Below are positions 9,106 to 18,714 of a DNA stretch of 64,000 nt, piece after piece. Below the pieces are notes generated by a model. The model was given only the letters and a program-made list of their open reading frames with translations. It did no database searches and was not told the DNA's origin. Positions within the stretch are counted from its first letter, which is position 1. Every line of letters starts with the position of its first letter. Origin of the DNA: an uncultured Actinomycetes bacterium (GTDB taxonomy: Bacteria > Actinomycetota > Thermoleophilia > UBA2241); assembly GCA_963709345.1 (NCBI GenBank), contig CAVPVX010000006.1, forward strand, positions 32,001 to 96,000, in the 5' to 3' direction. The position numbers and the translations under genes were made by a program.

Positions 9106-10212
9106 ATGGGCTTCTTCAGCGGCTGGCGTGGCAAGCTCGTGCTCGTGGCGCTGGGCGTGGCCTGCCTCCTCGGCGTGACCCTGCCTGTGGCCGCCACCGA
9201 GGGCGACGCCACCCCGACCTGGAAACTCAAGAAGTATCAGAGTCGCGGCTGGGATCGCAGCTACAAGTGCGATCTGGCGCAGGAGATGCGCAAGGTGCCG
9301 CGCGTCGTGGTCTACGGCGGTTCACGAGGGCTGCGCATGGATCCGGCGACGATCAAGCGCCGCACCGGACTCACGGCCTTCAACTTCGCTCTCCACAACG
9401 GCCGGCCTGAGGACGCCTGGGCCATCACCGACTGGCTCATCGACAGCCATCCGGACAAGCCCCCTGCAGTGGTCTGGTGCATGCAGGCGACGACCCTCGC
9501 CGACGCGCCGATGGCGCCCGGGCTCTTCAACGACGAGCGCCTCTCCCAGGCGTTTCCCAAGGCGCTCGTCAAGGCCAAGCTGGCGTGGGCGATGCGTCAG
9601 CCGAATCGCAACGTGCTCTCCGGCCGTCGCTACGGCTTCGACGGGATGCTCTGGTGGAACAGCTACGACCGCAAGCGCAAAGAGGGTCTGAGCCTGCAGC
9701 AGTCGCTGACGCACTATCTCGACACCGACATGCTCGCCAGGGCGGGCAACCGCAAGGTGCCGAAGAACACCCGGGCGATGGCGTACTTCGAGCGCACCCT
9801 TCGCCTGCTCAACGTCAGCCACATCAAGCCCGTGATCGTCATCATGCCCTACCATCCGAGAGTGCTGAAGGCGTTCATGTCGGTCGGATGGGGCGTCAAG
9901 CAGAGCTGGCTGGTCAACTATCTCAAGCGGTTGCAGAAGTACTACGATTTCCGTGTCGTCAATTGCCTCCGTATCGGGACCTTCGGCGGCAGCCCCGACG
10001 GCTTCTTCGACGGTTCGCACCTCACGGCCGGTAACTCACGGCGGCTTCTCCGCTACGTCATGAACAAGGCGCCGGGGTGCTTCCGCGTGCCCAAGCCGAC
10101 GCCGACGCCGACTCCATCCGCGAGTCCGAGCGCGAGCCCCTCCACTGTGCCGGCTCCGGCCTACGTACCGGTTCCCGAAGACACGAGCGCACCCGCCGAC
10201 TACCTCGAGTAG
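9106..10212 (+). CDS. Secreted SGNH/DltD-like protein with Pro/Thr/Ser tail
   Basis: Signal peptide, VVVYGGSR and FFDGSHL (GxS...DxxH), PTPTPTPSASPS tail. Confidence 0.6.
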   Translation: MGFFSGWRGKLVLVALGVACLLGVTLPVAATEGDATPTWKLKKYQSRGWDRSYKCDLAQEMRKVPRVVVYGGSRGLRMDPATIKRRTGLTAFNFALHNGRPEDAWAITDWLIDSHPDKPPAVVWCMQATTLADAPMAPGLFNDERLSQAFPKALVKAKLAWAMRQPNRNVLSGRRYGFDGMLWWNSYDRKRKEGLSLQQSLTHYLDTDMLARAGNRKVPKNTRAMAYFERTLRLLNVSHIKPVIVIMPYHPRVLKAFMSVGWGVKQSWLVNYLKRLQKYYDFRVVNCLRIGTFGGSPDGFFDGSHLTAGNSRRLLRYVMNKAPGCFRVPKPTPTPTPSASPSASPSTVPAPAYVPVPEDTSAPADYLE

Positions 10213-10258
10213 GGGCGCCGCGGGCAGGCGCGCCGCGCCGGCGTCTGCCGGGGGCTGC

Positions 10259-11635
10259 TCAGGCGCCGATCAGTCTCTTGACGTAGCCGGCGCGCTTGCT
10301 CGGCCTCCCCGTGCGCGCCTCCACGGCGTCGGCGCTGTCCATCGCCGCGAGAGCGGCGTTGACCCCGAGCCAGCGCAGCGGTTCCGGCTCCCACGGCTTC
10401 GAGCGGTGGCCGACCCAGGGCAGCCGTGTCAACTCCGTCTCGTGTTCGAGGATGAGGTCGCGCAGCGTGCGCGCCGCAAGATTGGTGGTCGAGACGCCGT
10501 CGCCGACATACGCGCCCGCCCAGGCCATGCCGCTCGGGCGGTCCAGGCCGACGGAGCTGTACCAGTCTCGCGACGCGGCGATCGCGCCGCCCCAGTGGTG
10601 CGTCACCCGGGCGTCGCCGATGGTGGGGAACAGCTCGCCGAGAAGGCGCCGGAGGTGGTCCTGCACCTTCGTCACGCGCTCGTAGCGCTCGCTCAGCCGC
10701 GAGCCGAAATGGTACGGTGCGCCACGGCCGCCGATGGCGATGCGACCATCGTCGGTGTGCATCGCGTAGAAGATGAGGAAGCGGAAGTCGCCGAACACCT
10801 CGTGGTCGCTCCATCCGACCTCGTCCCAGAAGGAGTCCGGGAGCGGTTCGGTGCCGATCATCAAGGAGTAGATCGGCACCACGGCGCGCTCGTAGCCGGG
10901 CAACTCTGGTGTGAACGCTTCGGTGGCGCGCACGACGACGTCGGCGCGGACGTCGCCGGACGCGGTCGCGGCGAGGTGGGGTTCGATGCGCGTCACCGGG
11001 GTGCGCTCGTAGATCGGCACCCCGAGGCGCTCCACCACGTCGGCCAGGCCGCGCGCGAGGCGGGCCGGGTCGACGGCGGCGCCATGCGGCGTGTAGACGG
11101 CGCCGAGGCACCCGGCCACTCTGATGCGCTCCCGCATCTCGGCGGCGCCGAGCATGGCGTAGTCGTCCTCCCCGAATCCCCAGCTGCGCTCGTAGTCGAG
11201 AGCATCCCGGGCGCGCAGCAGTTGGACGGGGGTCGTGGCCAGGTCCAGCTGCCCGCCGATGTGGAAGCGCGCGTCGATCGCCTCGTCGGCCACGACGCGC
11301 GCTATCTCGGTCACCGTCGCGTGCAGTGCGCGCTGCTGATCGACGACAGCTTGGCGACCGTGCGTCTTGGCGGCTGCTTCGCGAGACCCGGGGAACGTCG
11401 TGTGGCACCAGCCGCCGTTGCGCCCGGACGCGCCGAATCCGGCGATCTCGCGCTCGAGTACCGCGACGCGCAGGTGGGGATCGGCCTTCTTGAGGTAGTA
11501 GGCGGTCCAGAGGCCGGTGAATCCGCCGCCGACGACCGCGACGTCCACGGCGAGCGGCCCGGGCAGTGAGGGACGCGGCGTCAGCACGCCGGGCACACCG
11601 TCGAGCCACATGCTGCGGGCGCGGTAGTCGGTCAT
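10259..11635 (-). CDS. FAD-dependent amine/amino-acid oxidoreductase (PuuB/DadA family)
   Basis: VVGGGFTGL, GFGASGRNGG and C-terminal WEPEPLRWLG. Confidence 0.88.
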   Translation of the reverse strand: MTDYRARSMWLDGVPGVLTPRPSLPGPLAVDVAVVGGGFTGLWTAYYLKKADPHLRVAVLEREIAGFGASGRNGGWCHTTFPGSREAAAKTHGRQAVVDQQRALHATVTEIARVVADEAIDARFHIGGQLDLATTPVQLLRARDALDYERSWGFGEDDYAMLGAAEMRERIRVAGCLGAVYTPHGAAVDPARLARGLADVVERLGVPIYERTPVTRIEPHLAATASGDVRADVVVRATEAFTPELPGYERAVVPIYSLMIGTEPLPDSFWDEVGWSDHEVFGDFRFLIFYAMHTDDGRIAIGGRGAPYHFGSRLSERYERVTKVQDHLRRLLGELFPTIGDARVTHHWGGAIAASRDWYSSVGLDRPSGMAWAGAYVGDGVSTTNLAARTLRDLILEHETELTRLPWVGHRSKPWEPEPLRWLGVNAALAAMDSADAVEARTGRPSKRAGYVKRLIGA

Positions 11636-11772
11636 GTCAAGCTCCTTTGAGGTGAAGGCGTCCTGCACGGCTCGTGGCGAGCGTGGCGTCTCGTGAGAGG
11701 AAGGGATGGGCAGGAGGGACGTACTCGCGACGGCAGGCGACGGGCGAGCGGCTGGTCACGCGGGCCGTCCCA

Positions 11773-12708
11773 CTATGGGACCAGCACGAGCTTGCCGAGC
11801 GCGGGACGCTCCATGAGGATGCTGTGGGCGCGCGCAGCCTCCGCAAGCGGCAGTTCGCGGCCCACGACCGGGCGCAGCCAGCCGTAGCGCATGCCCTCGG
11901 CTATCGCTGCGTGAGCCGCGGCCGTCTCCTCGGCGGTCGCGTTGGGCAGGCGCATCCCGAGGACGGCGCCGTCGGCGTTCATCAGGTCGCGCGCATCGAT
12001 CTCCACGCTGCCACGGCTGCCCACGACTACGACGCGGCCGCGCGGTGCGAGGGCCTTGAGATCGCCGCCCAGGTTCGCGTTCGCCAGGAGTTCGATGACG
12101 ACGTCGAACCCCCGGCCGCCGGCGACGGCTACCGCCGCCTCGAGGTGTGCGGGGTCGCGGTGGTCGAGCACGCGCACGGCGCCCAGCGCCGCGACGAGGT
12201 CGCTGCCCGCCTCGCTCCCCGCGGTCGCGGTGACATCGAGGCCTGTGGCAAGGGCGAACTGGACGGCCGCCATGCCGACCCCGCCGCTGGCGCCGTGGAC
12301 CAGCACGCGCTCGCCGCGCACGCCCGCGGCGCGCTGGACCAGTGCCCGGTGGGCCGTCACGTAGGGCGTGCCGAGGGCCGCGCCCTGCGCGAACGAGAGC
12401 TCGTCGGGCAGGGCGTGCACGTCGCCGCGCCGGCACAGCGCGTAGTCGGCGTAGGTCCCGCTGAGCGAACCGGACACGTAGACCCGCTCGCCGGTATCGG
12501 AACGGAACCCGGCCCCATCGGACCCCGGCGTGCAGGGAAGGGCGGGCAGCTCCACATAGTCGCCCGCCCTCACGTAGGTGTCGACGGGATTCACGCCCGC
12601 GGCCTGGATGCGAACGAGGACCTCGCCCTCGACCGGCTCCGGCTCCGGCACCTCTTCGAGTCTGAGGACGTCCGGCTGGCCGAACTCGTGGAAGCGGACG
12701 GCGCGCAT
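11773..12708 (-). CDS. NADPH:quinone reductase (zeta-crystallin/Qor, MDR family)
   Basis: AAGVNPVDTY, VLVHGASGGVG and GKLVLVP. Confidence 0.9.
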   Translation of the reverse strand: MRAVRFHEFGQPDVLRLEEVPEPEPVEGEVLVRIQAAGVNPVDTYVRAGDYVELPALPCTPGSDGAGFRSDTGERVYVSGSLSGTYADYALCRRGDVHALPDELSFAQGAALGTPYVTAHRALVQRAAGVRGERVLVHGASGGVGMAAVQFALATGLDVTATAGSEAGSDLVAALGAVRVLDHRDPAHLEAAVAVAGGRGFDVVIELLANANLGGDLKALAPRGRVVVVGSRGSVEIDARDLMNADGAVLGMRLPNATAEETAAAHAAIAEGMRYGWLRPVVGRELPLAEAARAHSILMERPALGKLVLVP

Positions 12709-12710
12709 GC

Positions 12711-14180
12711 TCAGTCCGGGATCGGGTGAAGCGAATCGGCGATCCGGGTCAGCTCGTTGCGGGTGAGGTCGCCGGCGATGCCGACGGTCATGCGGTCGTC
12801 GACGCCCGTGCAGACGTAGAGGTGCGGCCAGTCCGGCAGGCCCAGGACCAGCTGCGCCACCTCGCCGCGCAGGCTGCCGTAGGTGACGGGCACCGGCGTG
12901 GATTCGGTAAGGGCCATCGAGTTCTCGTCGAAGGGATCGTCGGAGCCGGGCGGGTTGTCGTGACGCCAGCGGCTGACGATACAGAAGCGGTCGAAGCCGC
13001 GCCGGTAGGTCAGGACCACCGTGAGTGAGTCGACCTCGCCGGCAGCGACCGTCTGGTCGACGCCGCTGAAGGCTCCGTTGACGGCCCCGGTGACCCCACT
13101 CAGCCGGTAGCCGTCGGGAACCCACGAGGTCGTGAGGGGGGTGAAGGCCGTCCTCGCGCTCGGCCTGCCGCGGAGGACCCCTGTCGACTCCTCGTCCGGA
13201 GCCAGTTGACGCCCGAGGCGAGCCGCCGCGCGCAGGCTCATGCGGCGGAAGTGCTTGCTCACGGGGATGAGCCCGTGGTCGACGTGGCCGGCCAGCGTGA
13301 AGACGCCGCGCGGTACGTCGCCGCCGACGAACACGTTCTCGATGCGCGTGCCGCTGACATCCCCGTCGGCGCTCCAGTGCTCGACCAGCAGCGGGTACCC
13401 GGACTCCGCGTCGACGACGATGTGGGCCGATCCGTCGGCGCTGCCGCCGACCAGGGGCTCGGGGACGGTGATCGACCACGCCGTGCGCTCTTCATAGGTG
13501 ACCGGCCGGACCGGCACATCGGGGTCGAGCTCGGCGATGACCGCGCGCGCGTAGGCCGCGATGCTGCGGTCGAGGACCTGCGAGGCGCCCATCCACGGGC
13601 TGAAGAAGGGTCCCGCGTCCGGCAGGTCCAGGGCCATCTCGGAGCACAGGATGCGACCGTCGTGGTACACGTACCGTCGTGCGACCCGGCCCCGGGCGTC
13701 GTAGGTGTAGGTGACGTCCTGGCCGTCGTGGACGATCTTGTAGTCGCCGCGCGACGTGAAGTTGAACGATCCGGCGTTGCGCTCGAAGGGCCGTCCGCGC
13801 ACGGTGCCGTACTCGATCACGTCGCCGCGGATGCTGTCCAGACGAGAGAGCGCCTGCTGTACCTCGGTGAGTACGGTGTCGGCGGTCGCCGCATCGGGAG
13901 CCGAGCCGCCGAGGCCGGGGATGCCGGACCAGCTGACGGCGACGGCCGCGACGACGGCTGCCGCGGTCGCTGCGGCGGCGGTGATGCGGACCAGGCGGCT
14001 GGCCGCGGGGGGCGTGCGCCACCGCAGTCGCTTGGGCGGCCGTTGCGGCCGCCGCCGCCCGCCGCCGCTGCCGGGCGTCGTGCGGATGCGCTCGCGGGTG
14101 CGCTCGAAGTGATCCGGCCGGTGCGGCGGGATGGGAGATTCGCGCAGCTCGCGCCCGAGATCGTCGTTCCAGCGGCTCAT
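12711..14180 (-). CDS. Probable anti-sigma factor with LolA/RseB-like extracytoplasmic domain
   Basis: Overlaps the ECF sigma stop (ATGA). Short cytoplasmic N-terminus, one TM helix, HIVVDAESGYPL. Confidence 0.7.
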   Translation of the reverse strand: MSRWNDDLGRELRESPIPPHRPDHFERTRERIRTTPGSGGGRRRPQRPPKRLRWRTPPAASRLVRITAAAATAAAVVAAVAVSWSGIPGLGGSAPDAATADTVLTEVQQALSRLDSIRGDVIEYGTVRGRPFERNAGSFNFTSRGDYKIVHDGQDVTYTYDARGRVARRYVYHDGRILCSEMALDLPDAGPFFSPWMGASQVLDRSIAAYARAVIAELDPDVPVRPVTYEERTAWSITVPEPLVGGSADGSAHIVVDAESGYPLLVEHWSADGDVSGTRIENVFVGGDVPRGVFTLAGHVDHGLIPVSKHFRRMSLRAAARLGRQLAPDEESTGVLRGRPSARTAFTPLTTSWVPDGYRLSGVTGAVNGAFSGVDQTVAAGEVDSLTVVLTYRRGFDRFCIVSRWRHDNPPGSDDPFDENSMALTESTPVPVTYGSLRGEVAQLVLGLPDWPHLYVCTGVDDRMTVGIAGDLTRNELTRIADSLHPIPD

Positions 14181-14746
14181 GAGATCTGCTCCCGCGTGTA
14201 CGCCGGCTCGGTGAGCAGCGTGCGCAGCCGCGCGCGTGCGGCTGCCAGACGCGAGGAGACGGTGCCCTCGGGCACTCCCGTCACCTCGGAGGCGGTGCGG
14301 TAGTCGTAGCCGTACTGGTGGACCAGGATGACAAGGACGCGCTGCTCGACCGGGAGCCGGTCCAGCGCGTCCTCGAGGTCGGCCCAGCGCGTGACGAGGT
14401 CGCACGGGTCGTCGCAGGCGCAGTCGGCGCACAGCTCGTCGGCCGTGAGCAGCTGGAAGCGGCGCTCACGGCGCAAGTAGTCGAGACACGTGGTGTACGT
14501 GATGCGGTACAGCCACGTACCGACCTCGCTCTCGCCGCGGAACCGGGGCAGCGCCTGGTAGGCCTTGATGGACGCGTCCTGGAGGGCGTCGTCCATGAGG
14601 CCGGGGTCGCGGAGCATCCTGAAGGCGAGGGCGCGCAACCGGCTGTCGTAGTGCTTGAGCATGCGCACGAAGGCCTCGTCGTCGCCGCGCCTCGCGGCGG
14701 TCACGGTCCGTTCGTCTACTTCGCGTTCTGCAAGGTCGTAGGTCAC
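14177..14746 (-). CDS. ECF RNA polymerase sigma factor
   Basis: AARRGDDEAF, TWLYRI and GVPEGTVSSRL (regions 2 and 4). Confidence 0.92.
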   Translation of the reverse strand: MTYDLAEREVDERTVTAARRGDDEAFVRMLKHYDSRLRALAFRMLRDPGLMDDALQDASIKAYQALPRFRGESEVGTWLYRITYTTCLDYLRRERRFQLLTADELCADCACDDPCDLVTRWADLEDALDRLPVEQRVLVILVHQYGYDYRTASEVTGVPEGTVSSRLAAARARLRTLLTEPAYTREQIS

Positions 14747-14961
14747 TCGCTCGCATCCCTGCCCCGTGCCGTAGGCTGTGGGGCTGCTGAGAGATTAGAC
14801 GCCGCGGTGCCGCCGATCCGTCGGCGTTGCGGGCCGGTGGGCTCGTGTGTCGTCGTGAAAGTCTACAGCCCCGGCGGGCGGCGCGTTTTCTGCGCCGCCC
14901 GCCGGGGCTGTCTCTCCGCTCGCTCAGGCCGGTTCGTAGACGGCTGGGGGCTGGGGCCGGC

Positions 14962-15957
14962 TCACGGCACGGTGTAGGTCAGGCCGTTGCTCAGGTAGCC
15001 GGTCAGCTTGTAGCTCTGCCCCCCGTTCAGCTGCTCGTACACATACCCACCCGGGGATGTGCCCGGCGCCATGGGCTGGCTCGTGAACGGGTTCACCGGC
15101 CAGGGATCGACGTACTGCGCGACGCCACCGCCGCTCACGACGTCCTGCGCCGCCGGGTACAGGTTGTTGTTGTTCGTCGCCCAGGTGACGATGCCGATCT
15201 GCAGCTTGGCGATGCCGTCGATCACCTGCTGGTCCGCCGACGGCGAGACGCTTGGACTGGGGCTCGCGGTCTGCGTCGGCGTGAGCGTGGGCGTCGGGCT
15301 GGGCGACGGCGTGGGAGAGGGCGACGGGCTGGTCGGCAGGAGCACGTCGGCGCGCACGAAGACGACGGGGTCCGTCTTGAGGTCTCCCGAGGTGAAGCGA
15401 AGCGAGAGCCGGTCGCTTGCGGTCTCGTGCGTGAGCGTCGCCGCCACCTTCCCGGTCGCGCCCTGGATGTCGAGGGCGGCGGCGTCGACGGTCGTCTCGA
15501 GCTTTCCGTCGACGAGGTCGGCGACCGCGGACCCGGCCGGCTTGAGTTGGTCGTCGAACTGCTTGATCCGGAACTGGTCGTTGCCGGTGCGGGTGATGAC
15601 GAGCCCTCCGCCGGTCATCGCCGCGGGTGACCAGGTGCCGATGAACTCGTCTCCGGTGGCCGAGTCGGTGGGCCGCAGGTAGAAGAACCAGACGGCGGCC
15701 ACGGCGATCACGGCGATCAGGGCGACGATGACCCACACCCACCAGGGCATGCCCGATCCGGAACTCTGCGGCCGGCTCATCATGAGGGTCGGTTGCATCG
15801 GCGGCGGCGGAGGCTTCGCGCCGCCCGCCGCCGGCATCACGCGGGTGGCGTCCGTGCTGTCGCCGCTCAGTACCTGTGTCGCGCCCTCGTCTGCGGGGGG
15901 CACCACCCGGGTCACGTCGGTGTCGTCGGGCAGTCTGCCCGTTGTCTCATCGTCCAT
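14962..15957 (-). CDS. Membrane-anchored protein: beta-rich domain, PS/PT linker, C-terminal WPVNPFT pilin-head-like domain
   Basis: Cytoplasmic DxT-repeat N-terminus, TM, GDEFIGTWSP domain, TPSPSPTPT linker, YPAAQDV...WPVNPFTSQPMAPG. Confidence 0.75.
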   Translation of the reverse strand: MDDETTGRLPDDTDVTRVVPPADEGATQVLSGDSTDATRVMPAAGGAKPPPPPMQPTLMMSRPQSSGSGMPWWVWVIVALIAVIAVAAVWFFYLRPTDSATGDEFIGTWSPAAMTGGGLVITRTGNDQFRIKQFDDQLKPAGSAVADLVDGKLETTVDAAALDIQGATGKVAATLTHETASDRLSLRFTSGDLKTDPVVFVRADVLLPTSPSPSPTPSPSPTPTLTPTQTASPSPSVSPSADQQVIDGIAKLQIGIVTWATNNNNLYPAAQDVVSGGGVAQYVDPWPVNPFTSQPMAPGTSPGGYVYEQLNGGQSYKLTGYLSNGLTYTVP

Positions 15958-16017
15958 GCTCGCCCTCCGCGCCGTGGTGACTACCGAGTAGTGGTGCCTC
16001 TCCTGTATTTGCCCAGT

Positions 16018-17307
16018 TCATGAACTTCCCTGTTCGAGTGACTTCCAAAGGTCGAAGAACGTGGGGCACGTCTTGGTGACGCAATCCGGGTCCTCAACGA
16101 CGATTCCGGGGACGCGCAGGCCGAGGACGGAGAACGCCATGGCGATACGGTGGTCGCCGTGCGGGTCGACACGACCCCCCGAGGGGGCGCCCGGGTGGAT
16201 GCGGACGAAATCCGTGCCTGATTCGGCGCGCACGCCCAGGCGGCGCAGATTGTCTTCCACGGCCTTGATGCGGTCGGACTCCTTGAGGCGGACGTTGCCG
16301 ATGCCCGTGATCGTGACCGGCGAGGTGGCCAATGGGGCGATCGCAGCGAGGGTCATGAACGTGTCGGAGATGTCGCTCATGTCCACTGTGATGCCGGAGA
16401 GGGAGCCGGGGCCGGTGACGCGAACGCCTGCAGGCTCGTCGACGACCGCGCAGCCCATCGCCTCGAGGACGTCCAGAAAACGGATGTCGCCCTGCAGGCA
16501 GCGGTCGCGATGCAATCCGCGGACGAGCACTCGCCCGCACAGGGCTGCCGCGGCGAAGAAGTACGACGCAGTGGACGCGTCGGGCTCCACGATGTAATCG
16601 CGCCCTCGATACATGGCCGGCGGCACGACGAAGCGCTGGTGTCCCTCGCCGGAGACGGCGACGCCGAAGTCGGCCATCATCGCCACCGTCATGTCGACGT
16701 AGGGGCGGCTGACGAGTCCTTCGACCGTGAGCTCGAGCGAGGTGCGAGCCAGGGGTGCGGCCATCAGCAGCGCCGAGACGAACTGGCTGGAAGTGTCGCC
16801 GGGCAGACACAGCTTACCGCCCGCCAACCCGCGCGCGTGAAGCGTGAGCGGGAGGGCTTCGGCGCCGGCCGGCTCGATGAGGGCGCCCTGGGCGCGGAGC
16901 GCGCCGAGGAGCGGCGCCAGGGGGCGGCGCCTGAGCTGCGGCGCCGCGTCGAACCGGTAGGCGCCGCCGCCGCCGGCGGCCGCCGCGAGGAGGAAGCGCG
17001 CCGCCGTACCCGCCTCGGCGCAGTAGACGTCCGCGTCGCGCGCGGGGATGCTCCCCGCGCCGCCGGCGACATGCCAGGCGCCGTGGGCTTCGGCGACGGA
17101 GAAGCCGAGGTCGCGGAGCCCGCCGGCGAAGGCCAGCGTGTCGTCGGCGGCGAGGATGCCGCGCAGCACGGACTCTCCGTCTGCGAGGGCGGCGAGCAGA
17201 AGCGCCCGGTTGGTGATGCTCTTGGAGCCCGGCACCTCGACGCCGGCGTCGAGATCCGGGCGGGCCGGGCGAATCGGGCGCGGAGCGCTGGCGTGGACGG
17301 TGCTCAT
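16018..17307 (-). CDS. aroA: 3-phosphoshikimate 1-carboxyvinyltransferase (EPSP synthase)
   Basis: PGSKSITNR, SSQFVS, RLKESDRI, DHRIAM and KTCPTF. Confidence 0.96.
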   Translation of the reverse strand: MSTVHASAPRPIRPARPDLDAGVEVPGSKSITNRALLLAALADGESVLRGILAADDTLAFAGGLRDLGFSVAEAHGAWHVAGGAGSIPARDADVYCAEAGTAARFLLAAAAGGGGAYRFDAAPQLRRRPLAPLLGALRAQGALIEPAGAEALPLTLHARGLAGGKLCLPGDTSSQFVSALLMAAPLARTSLELTVEGLVSRPYVDMTVAMMADFGVAVSGEGHQRFVVPPAMYRGRDYIVEPDASTASYFFAAAALCGRVLVRGLHRDRCLQGDIRFLDVLEAMGCAVVDEPAGVRVTGPGSLSGITVDMSDISDTFMTLAAIAPLATSPVTITGIGNVRLKESDRIKAVEDNLRRLGVRAESGTDFVRIHPGAPSGGRVDPHGDHRIAMAFSVLGLRVPGIVVEDPDCVTKTCPTFFDLWKSLEQGSS

Positions 17308-17329
17308 CGCCCGGATGATACAGCAGCGC

Positions 17330-17690
17330 CTACCTGAGCTCCGTGGCAACGTAGACGGCGACCGCTTCGATCTCCGCTGTCGTCAGTTGTCCCGAGAAGG
17401 CCGGCATGGAGCCGCCGCCGTTCTCCACCTGGTCCGTGATAGTCGGCGAGGTCGTCCTCGCCGCGGATGGCCGGGGCGCTTCCACCGCCTCCGTCGGAGC
17501 CGTGGCAGCCGGCGCAGTTGCCGGCGAAGACGGAGGCGCCGTCGGCCGTGCCGGCAGGAGACTCGGCCGCGGCGGGTGTGGTCGCCGCCGGGCTCTCCGC
17601 CTCGGCGCCGCCACCGTCGTCGCCGCCGCACGCCGCGACGCCGAGTACGAGGGCGCACGTGACGAGAGTGGCCGCAAGGATCCTTCGCAT
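17330..17690 (-). pseudogene. Lipoprotein cytochrome c (c551-like) with a single frameshift near 17441 (possibly assembly error)
   Basis: Lipobox VAA-C and CAGCH in one frame; ITDQVENGGGSMPAFSGQLTTAEIEAVAVYV in another frame. Confidence 0.8.
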
Positions 17691-17775
17691 GGGCGCTCCT
17701 TTGGTCCGCTGTGTGCCGGCGTCTTGCCCGCTTGCGGCGCGGGCCAACCGCGTTACGGGACCGGCCCGGGCGGGC

Positions 17776-18714
17776 TCAGGACGAAAGGCTCTTCGAGTAG
17801 AGCTCGTACGCCGAGCTGATCTGCATCCCCGCGCGCTCGTAGACCCGCAGCGGGTGCGTCTCGCCTTCGGCGTCGACGCCGAGATCGATGCGCGTCTGCC
17901 CGCGCCGCGCGAACTCGGCGAAGGCGTGCGTGAGCATCGCGCCGCCCAGACCGCGGCGGCGCCACTCGCGCCGCACCCCCAGGCCCTTGATCCAGCCCAG
18001 GTCTCCGTGATCGTAGGCGATGAGGGCTCCGACGGGTTCGTCACCGTCCCACGCGAGCCACCATAGCCGCGGATCGAAGTCGGCGTGGCCCAGGAGCCGC
18101 GCGCGCCAGGAGTCGAACGGCTCCTCGCTGTGCCGGAAGTGGTCGGTGAACGCGGCGTTCATCGTCTCGTACATGACCCGCCGGTCGGCGTCCGCGCGGA
18201 ACGCGCGGATCTCGATGCCGGCCGGGACCGGCAGAGACGGCGGGCCTGACGTGAGGTCCGCGGTCATGCGGAAGACGGTACGGGCGACGCGGTACCCATG
18301 CCTGCGCAGCAGGTCGCGTTTGGCGTCGCCGACGGTGATGCAGAAGACGTCGAGCGAAGCGTCGCCGTAGCCACTCGCGTCGGCCAGCTCCGCGGCGCGC
18401 CGCTCGGCGAGACCGAGCAGGCGGTCGGCAAGACCTTCCTCGTGGTGCCCGGGGTGCACCCACAGGTCGGCCTCGAGCTCGCCGGTGCGGTACTGGTCGC
18501 CCGCGTACGCGTAGCCCACCAGCCGGCCGCCGGGTCCCTCGGCCACCCACGCGTCGCGGCCCGGGTCGAAGCCGTCCATCGACCAGTCGTTCTCGAGGTC
18601 CTCCATCGTGCTGTCGGGCTCGCCGATCTCGGCGATGTCGCAGGCGACGAGGAGGTCGAGGACCTCAGGGAGGTCGCCACGCGTCGCGGCCCGGATGCGG
18701 CTCGGCCCGTTCAC
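17776..18714 (-). CDS. Tandem-GNAT N-acetyltransferase (MshD-like fold)
   Basis: Two GNAT domains; LGVRREWRRRGLG and LRVYERAGM. Confidence 0.85.
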   Translation of the reverse strand: MNGPSRIRAATRGDLPEVLDLLVACDIAEIGEPDSTMEDLENDWSMDGFDPGRDAWVAEGPGGRLVGYAYAGDQYRTGELEADLWVHPGHHEEGLADRLLGLAERRAAELADASGYGDASLDVFCITVGDAKRDLLRRHGYRVARTVFRMTADLTSGPPSLPVPAGIEIRAFRADADRRVMYETMNAAFTDHFRHSEEPFDSWRARLLGHADFDPRLWWLAWDGDEPVGALIAYDHGDLGWIKGLGVRREWRRRGLGGAMLTHAFAEFARRGQTRIDLGVDAEGETHPLRVYERAGMQISSAYELYSKSLSS

